Shown here: positions 47,981-58,047 of the stretch, one piece after another
Position numbering within the stretch: the stretch's first letter is position 1
Layout: each line of letters opens with the position of its first letter
NCBI GenBank assembly: GCA_934102215.1
Contig: CAKOSH010000008.1
Coordinates: forward strand, 16,285 to 80,284
Origin: an uncultured Bacilli bacterium
GTDB lineage: Bacteria; Bacillota_I; Bacilli_A; RF39; UBA660
DNA length: 64,000 nucleotides
Direction: 5' to 3'
Position numbers and translations under genes: made by a program
The notes under the pieces: model-generated
What the model saw: only the letters and a program-made list of their open reading frames with translations
Databases searched by the model: none
What the model was told of the DNA's origin: nothing

Positions 47981-48553
47981 CTACTTTATCTTTAATATTT
48001 TATTTACTACTATACTTATTATATATGTTATTAACAATAAAATAAATATCTTTATTAAAATTTTGGGATTAGATATGCTTTCTATAAAAGATGTTCCAAC
48101 GAAGCCCCAGAAATATACCAAAGAGATTTTACCTATTAGTAATGAAATAAAGTATTTCTTAAAGTCCATTTTAGTAAGACCTGCTGCTATATTTATCATA
48201 AATGCAGGAGTAAATGGAATTGCTATTAACAATGTAAGTTGTGAAACACTAATATTCTTAAATAATTTCTTATATTTTTTCAGCATTTCTTTATCTTCAG
48301 TTAATCTATCAAATTTATTACCAAATCCTTTTTTAAATATAAAGTATGACATTATACATCCAAGTATTGTAAATATCCATGAAAGAATAAATCCTACTAA
48401 ATTTCCAAATACTAAAAAATTAATAGTTATAAACACCATCAAAGGTAGTACTGGAACTATTGATTCAATTAAAATAAGGAAACATCCAATAAAAGCACCC
48501 AACATTCCTGAAGTTTCTATAAAGTTTATTATTTCTTTTAATATATCTATCAT
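47981..48553 (-). CDS. TVP38/TMEM64 (DedA-related) family membrane protein
   Basis: Polytopic, about 190 aa, with typical TVP38-like topology and an IPFTPAFMINIAAG motif. Confidence 0.6.
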   Translation of the reverse strand: MIDILKEIINFIETSGMLGAFIGCFLILIESIVPVLPLMVFITINFLVFGNLVGFILSWIFTILGCIMSYFIFKKGFGNKFDRLTEDKEMLKKYKKLFKNISVSQLTLLIAIPFTPAFMINIAAGLTKMDFKKYFISLLIGKISLVYFWGFVGTSFIESISNPKILIKIFILLLITYIISIVVNKILKIK

Positions 48554-48587
48554 TTTTTCTTCCCTAATAATTATATTACATTTATAA

Positions 48588-48803
48588 TTATTTTTCTAGG
48601 TAGTAAACTTTATATCCAAGAGAAGATAATATCATAGTGGCTCTTTTACTTAATTTGCCACTTTTACAATATAAGTAATAACTTTCTGTCTTATTAAGAT
48701 ACCTTCTATAATTATTAATTAAGTCATCATATGGAATATTAATACTATTATTTAAATGGTATTCTTTAAATGTATATTTATCACTAACATCTATTATTTT
48801 CAT
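48588..48803 (-). CDS. Small single-domain rhodanese-like protein
   Basis: IDVS...EYHLNNSINIP and the active-site loop CKSGKLS. Confidence 0.65.
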   Translation of the reverse strand: MKIIDVSDKYTFKEYHLNNSINIPYDDLINNYRRYLNKTESYYLYCKSGKLSKRATMILSSLGYKVYYLEK

Positions 48804-48823
48804 AATATCACCTAAAATATTCT

Positions 48824-48857
48824 ATGAAAAAAAGATGAATTTTGTTATTCATCTTTA
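48824..48857 (-). terminator. Strong rho-independent terminator closing the T4SS cluster
   Basis: Reverse strand AAAGATGAAT-AACAAA-ATTCATCTTT followed by TTTTTTCAT. The upstream arm overlaps the virD4-like stop. Confidence 0.75.
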
Positions 48858-51404
48858 TTCGTCTTCACTTCCAAAGAAATCATCAAAGAAATCTTCATCA
48901 TTATTTTTATCATTTACAATAACACTATCAACATCAATGTTTACTTTTGGTTTTTCAAGACCTAATTCATTTACTTTAGGTTCTTCTTTTACCTCTGGTT
49001 TAACTATTTCCACTGGCTTTACTTCTTCTTTTATTTCTTGTGGTTCAACATATTGTGGCTTAATTATATCACTATTAATAGGTTCAATAATTGGTTCTTC
49101 ATATGTATTATATTCTTCACTAGGAGCAAGCTCTGGTGGTAATGATTCAATATGTTCTTCATGCTTTTCTTCTACTTTATGATCGAATATATTATTAATT
49201 TCTTTTTCAATATCTTCTTCACTCTTTTCAGCAAGTGGAACATTTTTAATAAATGTTGGTTCATCTGTTATAAATTTATTTGGTCTATTTTGACTCATAA
49301 AATCCATATTTTGATTCATTTGATTCTGAGGTTGTACAAATGATGAAGTATTCATATTTTGATTATTCATTGGAGTATTTTGACTCACATTATTATTTAC
49401 AACATTAGAACTAAAATTATTTATATTTACATTTTGTTCTGCTGGTTTAGATGCAGCTTTTGCTTTCTCTGCTTCAGCCTTTTCAAGTGCTTCTTGTCTT
49501 TCTAATTCAGCAATTTTTTCATCAAGTCTCTTAACATAATCATCAAGACTAGTTGGAGTTGGTGCTGCTGGTCTCATACTACCTGGCATCATGCCTCCCA
49601 TAGGTTGACCCATGAATGGATTTGGCATTTGCATTCCAGTTCCTGCTCCCATAGGACTTGTATTAATTCCTTGACTCTCTTTTAATTTATTAACATATGC
49701 TTTTACATCAAATGTTTTAACATCATGATGAGGTCTAGTTGTATATTCCATAATTGGATATTTCTTTCCCCAATCAATTTTATAGTCATATACAAGTTTT
49801 GTCTTAAATGGCATACTTCTAAATCTATTAATGATAACTTCTCCTTCTTTTAAAGATTGTAAATCACTAACAGTAAATAATGGTCTAACAGGTGGTGCTG
49901 GTTTATCTTTTTCAGCTTTAGGTGGCTTTTGATCACCAAGTAACTTACTTATTTCTTCTAAAGCAGCAAGTTCTGTACTCATAAGATAAACGAAGTTTCC
50001 ACAGTTACCTTTAATAGTTTCTGCTACATCTTTTCCATAAACTTTATTAAGTTGTGAAAAGTTTTGAATAACAAAACTAAATCTAATATTTCTTGAACGA
50101 GATGCAGTAATCATACTTTCAACATCTTTAAGTGCTGGCATATTAGCAAACTCATCAAGTATAAAGTTTGTTCTATATGGTAATTTTAAATTTGGAAAAG
50201 TTTGTGCTGTTGCGATTAATGCTTCATATGCTTGCTTAACGAATATTGTTGCTAAAGCATGATATGTAGTTTTTTCATCATGTACTTTTAAGAATACAGC
50301 TGTCTTTTCTTTTCCTATATCTCTTATATCAAAATCACTATATGATAGCATTTCAGATAATGCTTCTTGTGATGAGAATATTCTTGTCTTTGTTCTAAAT
50401 GTAGACATAATACCACCACGAGTTTCATTAGGGGCATTAATACAAGATGCAGCTGCTATATAAGCAGGACTTAATTCACCTTTACTCTTAAAATATTCTT
50501 TTATATAAGTTGAAGCACCTATTCTATCTTCTCCAACTTCAGCCATCATATTTATACTATTGATATTTATTTCATCTTCAGTTGCATCATCAAATAATCC
50601 AAGTGATAGTCCGGTAAAGAAGTTAGATGCAGTTTGTTCCCAGAATGGTTCTGCTTTATTATTTGGATCAATTAAGATATTACTAGCAAGGTCTTGTAAA
50701 AGTTCGTTAGCCTTATCTGAATTACCTTCTTTATAAATTCTATATGGATAACTAAATGGATTCCATGCAGCTCCTTCTTTAGGATCACGGAAGTTTAATA
50801 ATATAATTTTATATCCTTTTTCTTTTAGTAAAGCACCACAATTTTCATAAAGTTCACCTTTTGGATCAGTAACAATCATACTTTCACCATGTCTACCCAA
50901 TATCTTAATTAAAGGGAACATAAATGCTTGAGTTTTACCTGAACCAGAAGCTCCCATGATTAATGCATGTGGTTGACCTGAATCATCTACCCAGGCATCT
51001 TTACCATTATTAATTACTGGAAATCCACCAGCATCATATGAATCATCAATTAAATGTACTTTTTTAATACCATAATCTTTCTTCATATCACTTTCTGACA
51101 TCAATTTTGAATATCCATCATTTTTTGATTTCTTTTGTGTTGTTATACCAAATCCTTCCTCTCTTTCAAAAAAGTAAGAAGAACAAGCTGCTAAAATTGC
51201 TATAATAGCAAGAGCAAAAAACATTAAAGTTGTCATTATCATATCAGGTGCAAACGCAGGTAATGGATTTAATCCACTAAACACTCCATCAATAGCGAAA
51301 GAATGTATATTAACTACTGCTAATGCTATTAAATATAATAATACAGCTAAAAATATCAAAAAAATTACTATATCTTTTAAATCAGCTCTAAATTTTAACT
51401 TCAT
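48855..51404 (-). CDS. Type IV coupling protein (VirD4/TraG family) with ~270-aa low-complexity C-terminal tail
   Basis: Two N-terminal TMs, Walker A GASGSGKT, Walker B NFILDEF, and TraG/VirD4-like core (DPKGELYEN, WNPF). Start at ATG 51404 follows GGGGTGA. Confidence 0.85.
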   Translation of the reverse strand: MKLKFRADLKDIVIFLIFLAVLLYLIALAVVNIHSFAIDGVFSGLNPLPAFAPDMIMTTLMFFALAIIAILAACSSYFFEREEGFGITTQKKSKNDGYSKLMSESDMKKDYGIKKVHLIDDSYDAGGFPVINNGKDAWVDDSGQPHALIMGASGSGKTQAFMFPLIKILGRHGESMIVTDPKGELYENCGALLKEKGYKIILLNFRDPKEGAAWNPFSYPYRIYKEGNSDKANELLQDLASNILIDPNNKAEPFWEQTASNFFTGLSLGLFDDATEDEININSINMMAEVGEDRIGASTYIKEYFKSKGELSPAYIAAASCINAPNETRGGIMSTFRTKTRIFSSQEALSEMLSYSDFDIRDIGKEKTAVFLKVHDEKTTYHALATIFVKQAYEALIATAQTFPNLKLPYRTNFILDEFANMPALKDVESMITASRSRNIRFSFVIQNFSQLNKVYGKDVAETIKGNCGNFVYLMSTELAALEEISKLLGDQKPPKAEKDKPAPPVRPLFTVSDLQSLKEGEVIINRFRSMPFKTKLVYDYKIDWGKKYPIMEYTTRPHHDVKTFDVKAYVNKLKESQGINTSPMGAGTGMQMPNPFMGQPMGGMMPGSMRPAAPTPTSLDDYVKRLDEKIAELERQEALEKAEAEKAKAASKPAEQNVNINNFSSNVVNNNVSQNTPMNNQNMNTSSFVQPQNQMNQNMDFMSQNRPNKFITDEPTFIKNVPLAEKSEEDIEKEINNIFDHKVEEKHEEHIESLPPELAPSEEYNTYEEPIIEPINSDIIKPQYVEPQEIKEEVKPVEIVKPEVKEEPKVNELGLEKPKVNIDVDSVIVNDKNNDEDFFDDFFGSEDE

Positions 51405-51454
51405 ATTTTCACCCCAATACATCTACATTATACTATATAAATTATTTTTTTTCA

Positions 51455-52264
51455 TTAATTATCTATTGTTTTAATACTAATTATTTGATATTTAAAGAAT
51501 TTACCATCATTATTGATTTTAAATTTAATTAGTTTTCTCTTATATTCTCCTTCTAGTTCATCTATTAACAGCCTTTTTGCTTCAGTATATTTTTTTGATT
51601 CAAATAAACTATTAAATTGTTCTGCTGTCTTTTCTTTTGGAGATGGTGGCATTGGTATGTAATAAACATATGTACCAATATCAGCAGTTAAAATATCATC
51701 ATTATAATTAAGACTATTAAATTGTAAATTAATATTATATCTACTCCATTTTCCAGATGCGTAATAATAAAAACAATAATTTTTCTTTTTATAAAGAAAT
51801 TTATAATAATAAGTCATATCTTTTAAATATTTAGTAACATCTGTATTATATAATTCTTTAAAACTTTCAACAAAATATTCTTCTTTCATACATGAAACAC
51901 CTTTATTTCTATCATGCAATGCTAAATATTTTGTATTAGACATTTCAAAAGTAAATACATAATTTTCAACCATTTTTTCTAAGTCTTTTTTTGATACTGA
52001 ACTAGAATCATAATCATCGATCATCATTGTTCTTTGAAATCTTGTATCTTTTCTTAATGTATCTTCTATATTTACTTTGTTTTCTTCTTTTTCAAAAGTC
52101 TTATCATTAATTTTTATTTCTTCATAATTAGGAAAATTTTTATCTTTGCTTTTTTGATTCTTTTCTCCAAATAAAACAAGAGGAACAATAATGATTAATA
52201 TTAAAAACACAGCACTACCTAAAATTATTATTAAAGGTTTGTTTTTATTTATAAATTCTTTCAT
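51455..52264 (-). CDS. Membrane-anchored T4SS-associated protein (positional analog of VirB8/TcpC; function unproven)
   Basis: Single N-terminal TM plus a ~230-aa extracytoplasmic domain. AGGAGGAAAAC RBS. Lies between the hydrolase and the coupling protein. Confidence 0.35.
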   Translation of the reverse strand: MKEFINKNKPLIIILGSAVFLILIIIVPLVLFGEKNQKSKDKNFPNYEEIKINDKTFEKEENKVNIEDTLRKDTRFQRTMMIDDYDSSSVSKKDLEKMVENYVFTFEMSNTKYLALHDRNKGVSCMKEEYFVESFKELYNTDVTKYLKDMTYYYKFLYKKKNYCFYYYASGKWSRYNINLQFNSLNYNDDILTADIGTYVYYIPMPPSPKEKTAEQFNSLFESKKYTEAKRLLIDELEGEYKRKLIKFKINNDGKFFKYQIISIKTIDN

Positions 52265-52278
52265 TATTGTTTTCCTCC

Positions 52279-55200
52279 TTATTTCACTACTACATAACTA
52301 GCAAATTCATTTATATTTGTATAATTAAATAGTGTTGAATAGCCTGGCCAGCATCCTGGATCTAGTATATATACTTCTCCATTTTTTATGTAATCTACAA
52401 ATACCCAGTGGCTTCCTCCACCTACTGATGCAATTATGTATTCACCATTTTCAAGTGCTTTTTTCATAATCGCAGCAATTTGTGAATTACTTTTTCCTGA
52501 TAAGTCAGTTTTTCCTTTATATTGAAATGCTGGTGCTAATTCCGTTGGCTTATACCATTTGAAAAGATTGCCTTCATAACCGTCATGTTTATTCATCCAA
52601 TCAACAAATGTTGCTGGATTGAAATTACTTAATCCGGTTTTTACTCCACTTTTCTTTATTGCCATAGCTACTGCTGTTGATGTACATCCAGCACCACTAA
52701 TAGTTTGAGATGCTCCCATAGGATTGCTGCCCCATCTTTCATCACATTGTTTCCATTTTCGATAATTTCCATCAACTGGGAATCCAGCATCTCCTGGGTC
52801 ATCTACATCTCCACCACTATTTTCAGAACACTCGATGATGTCAACGCCTTCATATGTTTCTTTCAATATTTCTAAGAAATTCTTACCAGCGTTTGCTGCA
52901 TCTCTCCATCCATTGGATCTATCAGAGCCATACCCTGTTGAGAATATATCTCCATCTTTTATAACTAAATAATTTTTAGCAGTATTATATAAATCTTCAT
53001 ATGCTTTATATTCGGCATCTGACATAGGATTTTTATAATTTGTGTATGATGAGTCTGGAGCTTGTCCTTGATAAAAACTCATACAACGCTGATTTTTAGA
53101 AGGAATACACATTATATTTGCTCTTCTAAAACATGAACCCTTTGTAGGTGAACTAAATACCTGATCACAATCTCCATTTCTCATATTGATTGTTTTTCCT
53201 TTTTTATTATTTCCAAATCTTGATAAAGCAAAATTCATATTCGCTATCATTTGCGTTAATGCATAATTCGTATTTGTATAATTATCTATTTCACCTTTTA
53301 CTGTTCCTATTACGTAATCTTTAAAGCTTACTGAGTCTTGTTCATTACCATCACAGTCTGTTAATTTAACTGTAATATCAGCTAAATCAGCACTTAAGAA
53401 ATTCTTACAGTATGCATTTTTAATTATATTTTCATTATCATCATCTGGTTCTGTACCTGGGATATAATTTCCGTCATCATCCCAATAACCATTTTGTCCA
53501 TATTGACTTGAATCTAAATCTTTAAGTAATAATGTGTTATTAATTTCACCTTTTCTATCTTTAACTTCTAATACTATTTCTTCTACTTTCTTAGGTGATA
53601 TAGCATCATCATATTCAAATTTAGGTAAATTTGAATCTTCATCTGCTTGTTTGAATGATGGGAAATTTACATATCCAAATCCATGTTTATATTCGAATTC
53701 AACATATGTTTTATGAACAACTGGTCCATCTGTTGTATATTTAATATTTCTGCTTTGGAAAGCATCTTTATTTTGTGTATATACATCTTCTATCTTTTGA
53801 AAATATATTGTTGTATCAACTATTTTATCAAATTCTCTATCTATGAAATAATGATGCGCTCTTGGTACTGAACTATTAAGTTCATCTACTTCTTGTAACA
53901 GTACTTCTTCGGGTATAGTTCCATTACATTTTTCACTTGTACTATTCCATGCATTATTCATGCTTGTATCATATGTGTAACCTGTACCAACTAATGTTAA
54001 TACATTTGTTCCATTAACTTTTGTTTTATTATCCAATTGTTTAGTATTGTTAATTTTAATATATCCTGGAACACTAAATGGTTTATCTCTTACTGATCCC
54101 ATATTGTCATCGCCAGAAGTTACATCATATTCATCATTCCATCTAATGAACATTTCCCATTTGTCTCTGCTGTATTCATATTCTTCAACAGTACCAACGT
54201 CACAATATCCTACCTTTACTTCAACCCATTTTCCATTTCTAAGTCTTCTTTCTTTTCTTATTACCCAGGTAAAATATGGATAAATATTTTCAAATATTGT
54301 ACTTTGAATAATTCTATCAACATCTTTTTTTATTAATTTACCATCTTTAATAATATTTTTTAATGTTTCATAATGATCTGATGCTGATGTAAATGTATCA
54401 CCTTTATCATCTTCTTTTGCTGGTGGTGTATCATAATTATCATAAGTTGCTTGACTATCGTATCCATAGAATATTGTTCCTAAAATAAGTGCTCTATCTA
54501 ATGTATTTGGTTGCGTTTTAGGATTGTCTCTTCCCATATATTTCTTTTCATATGTTTCAACTTTTTTCTTGATATATCTCATCAAAGCACATGGATCTTT
54601 AAATTCATCACCATATATTCCAAGTCCTTCTTTAATTTTCTCCCAAAAGTTTGCTTCACAGGCATCATCATTATTAAGTACTTTTATTAATTCTGGCCAT
54701 GTATACATTTCACCAGTTTCAGGATCCCTTAAATATTTACTATCAGTATATAAGCCTTCTAAGTCATCTTCTTTTTGCTCTGGTACAAAGAAATTTAATA
54801 CAATTGATGAAAAGAAATTATCTATTACTGCAAAGAAATATGCAATTAGAAATACTGCCAACAGTATTCCACAAATTATACCTGCTATTTTTAATTTAAG
54901 TAATGTAAGTTTTATTTTTTTGAGTTTAGCAGCAGCTTCAGCAGCTTCTTTAGGGTTTCCGCCTAATTTACCTGGAAGACCTGGTTTCTTCATACCAGCT
55001 TTGTTGGCTTCATTTCCTTGCTTATTCTTTTGATTGTTATCTTTTTTCCCAAGTCCATCTTTCTTTTCAAGACCTGGCTTATCTCCTGGTTGTTTTTTAT
55101 TTCCATCAGGATTCATTTTCCCTGATTCTTTATCAACACCACGTGGTTCATTAGTTCCACGTTTGTTTATTCTTTCTTTTGTTTTATTTTCTGTACCCAA

Positions 55201-55323
55201 AAGCCCCGCTTTAAAGCCAGACGAAAACTGGTTTAATCTTCCGACTACACCAGTATCATTTCTTCTACTTATATTTTGTTTTTCTTGTTCATCGAAATTT
55301 TCTTTGTTATAATTTTCGTCCAT
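52279..55323 (-). CDS. T4SS-associated bifunctional cell-wall hydrolase: basic N-tail, TM, large ectodomain, SpoIID/LytB-like domain, C-terminal C39-like/CHAP-like cysteine peptidase
   Basis: SpoIID-like: DYVIGTVKGEI...ALTQMIANMNFALSR...DCDQVF...FLEILKETYEGVDII. Peptidase: WKQCDERW...GAGCTSTAVAMA...GGSHWVFVDY...VYILDPG. Confidence 0.65.
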   Translation of the reverse strand: MDENYNKENFDEQEKQNISRRNDTGVVGRLNQFSSGFKAGLLGTENKTKERINKRGTNEPRGVDKESGKMNPDGNKKQPGDKPGLEKKDGLGKKDNNQKNKQGNEANKAGMKKPGLPGKLGGNPKEAAEAAAKLKKIKLTLLKLKIAGIICGILLAVFLIAYFFAVIDNFFSSIVLNFFVPEQKEDDLEGLYTDSKYLRDPETGEMYTWPELIKVLNNDDACEANFWEKIKEGLGIYGDEFKDPCALMRYIKKKVETYEKKYMGRDNPKTQPNTLDRALILGTIFYGYDSQATYDNYDTPPAKEDDKGDTFTSASDHYETLKNIIKDGKLIKKDVDRIIQSTIFENIYPYFTWVIRKERRLRNGKWVEVKVGYCDVGTVEEYEYSRDKWEMFIRWNDEYDVTSGDDNMGSVRDKPFSVPGYIKINNTKQLDNKTKVNGTNVLTLVGTGYTYDTSMNNAWNSTSEKCNGTIPEEVLLQEVDELNSSVPRAHHYFIDREFDKIVDTTIYFQKIEDVYTQNKDAFQSRNIKYTTDGPVVHKTYVEFEYKHGFGYVNFPSFKQADEDSNLPKFEYDDAISPKKVEEIVLEVKDRKGEINNTLLLKDLDSSQYGQNGYWDDDGNYIPGTEPDDDNENIIKNAYCKNFLSADLADITVKLTDCDGNEQDSVSFKDYVIGTVKGEIDNYTNTNYALTQMIANMNFALSRFGNNKKGKTINMRNGDCDQVFSSPTKGSCFRRANIMCIPSKNQRCMSFYQGQAPDSSYTNYKNPMSDAEYKAYEDLYNTAKNYLVIKDGDIFSTGYGSDRSNGWRDAANAGKNFLEILKETYEGVDIIECSENSGGDVDDPGDAGFPVDGNYRKWKQCDERWGSNPMGASQTISGAGCTSTAVAMAIKKSGVKTGLSNFNPATFVDWMNKHDGYEGNLFKWYKPTELAPAFQYKGKTDLSGKSNSQIAAIMKKALENGEYIIASVGGGSHWVFVDYIKNGEVYILDPGCWPGYSTLFNYTNINEFASYVVVK

Positions 55324-55350
55324 ACTTCACATCCTTTAAGTGGATAAATA

Positions 55351-57141
55351 TTATAGTCCTCCACCTGAACCGAATGATTCTAATTCTTGTTGAGTTGCTA
55401 TTACGTTAATTCTCATTCTTCTACTTCCACAAACAAATAATGCTTGTCCTTGACTATATCTCTTAATTGAATCTTTCTCTTGATCATTTAAATCTACTAA
55501 CTTAGCAAGATCATCTACTGCTTGTTTACGAAGACCCATTACTAAGTAGTAAGAAGCATTATCGAATATTGCTTTACCATGAACTACAACGTTTGGTGCT
55601 GCAAAGTCTGTTGGTTGTTGTGTAATAATTATTGTTCCTGTATTATATTTACGACTACGTCTTTGAATACGAGCAAGGAACTCTGCTCCTAATGTATTTT
55701 GATCTGCAAGAAGCATGTGTGCTTCATCAACCATAAGAATTGTATTAACTTCTCTATCAAGAGTTAGGCCCCAGGCATATTTTAGTATATTGAAGAATAA
55801 TGCATTTCTTATATTGTTATCAGCATTCATAAGTTCACGAATGTTAAATACAATGAAGTCAGCATCAGTATCAATAGTAGTTTTACCTGTAAAATAATAT
55901 CTTAATTCTTTTGTTAATGGTCTTATCTTAAGTTCAAGTCTTTCCATGATATCTCTTTCATGGGTATGTTCTGTCATTGATAAAAGTCTTCCTTTTATAG
56001 TGGCATATACATCATCAAAAGTTGGATAATCATGTGATGTTATTTTACCAAAATCAGTATTATAATCTATTTTATATCTTCTATATGTATCTTGTACTAC
56101 TTCACTAAATAGTGTTAATACGTCTTCTTCTATATCTGGACTATAATATTTCATAAATGCTTTTAATGTTTGAAGTGTTCTTGTAAGTACTGCATAACCA
56201 GTTCCTTCAGCCATTTCTTCTTCATCAGCATCAAGTACGACTTCTAGTGGGTTTATCATACCAAAATCGCCACCACGACCTAGATCAATGAAGTCCCCAC
56301 CATATAGTCTAGTCATTTCTTCAAGTTCACCTTCAGGGTCTATTGCTACTATCTTATGACCATTTCTAATATTACTTCTAAGTAATACTTTAGCAGCTGT
56401 TGATTTACCTGAACCAGATGTACCAAGAATAATCATATTGGCATTATTTCTATTAAATTCTTTTTTAGTTTGATATAGGAATTGATTAAATAAGATAACT
56501 CCACCTGAATAATCTACTCCAAGTAAACATGAAAGTCCTGGATCTTTAATACTATCAAATACAAATGGATACATTGCTGCAATTGTAACTGATGGTATTG
56601 GAGTACCTACTCTTTCTTCTATATCATTTTCAGGGAATATTGGAAGCATACTTTGAAGTATCTTTTCTTGTTCAAATCTAAGAACTAATCCTTTCATTCC
56701 CATTGCGTCTAAGTAATTTTTAACTTGTACTTTTTTATTTTCAAGTTCTTCATGTGAATCAGCTGATATAAACAAGTGCATTTGAAAATCAAATATTCTT
56801 GCTTGAGTAGCTGTTAACATTTGAATAAAGTTATCTATACTTTCATAATCTTGCCTAATTTGTTCTTGTATTGTATGATCATGTTCATTTTGATATCTTG
56901 CTTTCATATCAGCAATTTCTTTATTTAACATTTTAGAAAGTACTGAAAATGCAATTGGAATATGTTTAATACATACCTTAACTCCACCCATTTGAGTAAG
57001 ATTAGCAAGATATCCTTCTGAAATTGATTTTGGATAACTTATTATTGTAAGTATTGCACAATATTTATCACTTATTATCATTTCAGATGGTTTAAATTCT
57101 AAACTCTTAGGAGCTAATTGACTCTTAAAACTTACACTCAT
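55351..57141 (-). CDS. VirB4-like T4SS ATPase, C-terminal (ATPase) portion
   Basis: Walker A GTSGSGKST, Walker B ILMVDEAH. The upstream region YCAILTIISYPKSISEGYL is typical of VirB4/TraE of Firmicutes. Confidence 0.85.
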   Translation of the reverse strand: MSVSFKSQLAPKSLEFKPSEMIISDKYCAILTIISYPKSISEGYLANLTQMGGVKVCIKHIPIAFSVLSKMLNKEIADMKARYQNEHDHTIQEQIRQDYESIDNFIQMLTATQARIFDFQMHLFISADSHEELENKKVQVKNYLDAMGMKGLVLRFEQEKILQSMLPIFPENDIEERVGTPIPSVTIAAMYPFVFDSIKDPGLSCLLGVDYSGGVILFNQFLYQTKKEFNRNNANMIILGTSGSGKSTAAKVLLRSNIRNGHKIVAIDPEGELEEMTRLYGGDFIDLGRGGDFGMINPLEVVLDADEEEMAEGTGYAVLTRTLQTLKAFMKYYSPDIEEDVLTLFSEVVQDTYRRYKIDYNTDFGKITSHDYPTFDDVYATIKGRLLSMTEHTHERDIMERLELKIRPLTKELRYYFTGKTTIDTDADFIVFNIRELMNADNNIRNALFFNILKYAWGLTLDREVNTILMVDEAHMLLADQNTLGAEFLARIQRRSRKYNTGTIIITQQPTDFAAPNVVVHGKAIFDNASYYLVMGLRKQAVDDLAKLVDLNDQEKDSIKRYSQGQALFVCGSRRMRINVIATQQELESFGSGGGL

Positions 57142-57725
57142 TGACTAATCACCGTCCCAAAATTATATGAATCTCCACCATTTAGGAATCCATCTAATAA
57201 CATTCTTAAATCATCATTACTTGTTTGAGCTGATTGAAGTCCTACTCCAGCAAGTCCTGAAACAAGATTTTGTATTCTTTTTTGTATTATTTCTGGTCTC
57301 TTATCTTTAAATAATATGAAGTATTCTGTATCCGTAACATTAACTTCTTTACTCATAAATAAGTTTGCTTTATCTATATCTTCTCTTACTAGTTTTCTAA
57401 TTGCTTGAACTTGTACTGAATTATATAACAATTTAAGTTGAGCAAGATATACATTAATATCTACTGGTCTATCTGATATAATTAGCCAGAATGGATAATC
57501 AAGTGTATTATAAAAACTTCTTAAGTTAAATATAGCATTATTTTGAGAATCATAATCAAGAATAAATATATTTCTTGGTCTTATTTTTACTCCTGTAACT
57601 CTAAGTCCATTATCAAGTATAATTTCTCCATTTTGAATACCTCTAATTGGTAACCAATTTTCAGCATATTTTTGATTTTTAGCATCAACCTTTTTTTTGT
57701 TCGTCATCTGTGACATATCTAGCAC
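57138..57725 (-). CDS. VirB4 N-terminal-domain-like protein (separate ORF, ATGA-coupled to the ATPase ORF)
   Basis: LPIRGIQNGEIILDNGLRVTGVKIRPRNIFIL...FWLIISDRPVDINVYL resembles N-termini of Tn916 Orf16/PrgJ-type VirB4. Exact start is uncertain (GTG or ATG options). Confidence 0.5.
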   Translation of the reverse strand: MLDMSQMTNKKKVDAKNQKYAENWLPIRGIQNGEIILDNGLRVTGVKIRPRNIFILDYDSQNNAIFNLRSFYNTLDYPFWLIISDRPVDINVYLAQLKLLYNSVQVQAIRKLVREDIDKANLFMSKEVNVTDTEYFILFKDKRPEIIQKRIQNLVSGLAGVGLQSAQTSNDDLRMLLDGFLNGGDSYNFGTVISQ

Positions 57726-58011
57726 ACCATCCTCTCCAATAATATCTTCTTGGGTTCATTAAATATATAACAACTTCTTGTAAGTATACAAGTACATTAT
57801 GATAAAAAGGCAATGGCATTACTAAGAACAAACATATTCCTACAGGGGCTAGTTTAATTGCAAGTTCTTTAACTGTATCACCTTTAAATATAAACATTAA
57901 TAAAGTTGTTATAAACGCACCTGTTAAAAGTATTATTAAATCAATAATTCTAAATACATTAAATATCAATTGACTTTTCTTACTATTAGCAGGTATTAAA
58001 TAAGTATTCAT
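57685..58011 (-). CDS. PrgI-family (VirB3-like) small membrane protein
   Basis: About 108 aa with two TM helices and YLIPANSKK...NPRRYYWR ends typical of the PrgI family. Immediately precedes VirB4. Confidence 0.6.
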   Translation of the reverse strand: MNTYLIPANSKKSQLIFNVFRIIDLIILLTGAFITTLLMFIFKGDTVKELAIKLAPVGICLFLVMPLPFYHNVLVYLQEVVIYLMNPRRYYWRGWCARYVTDDEQKKG

Positions 58012-58047
58012 ATTCTCTTTTCCTTTCTAAATACTACAATTTATATT

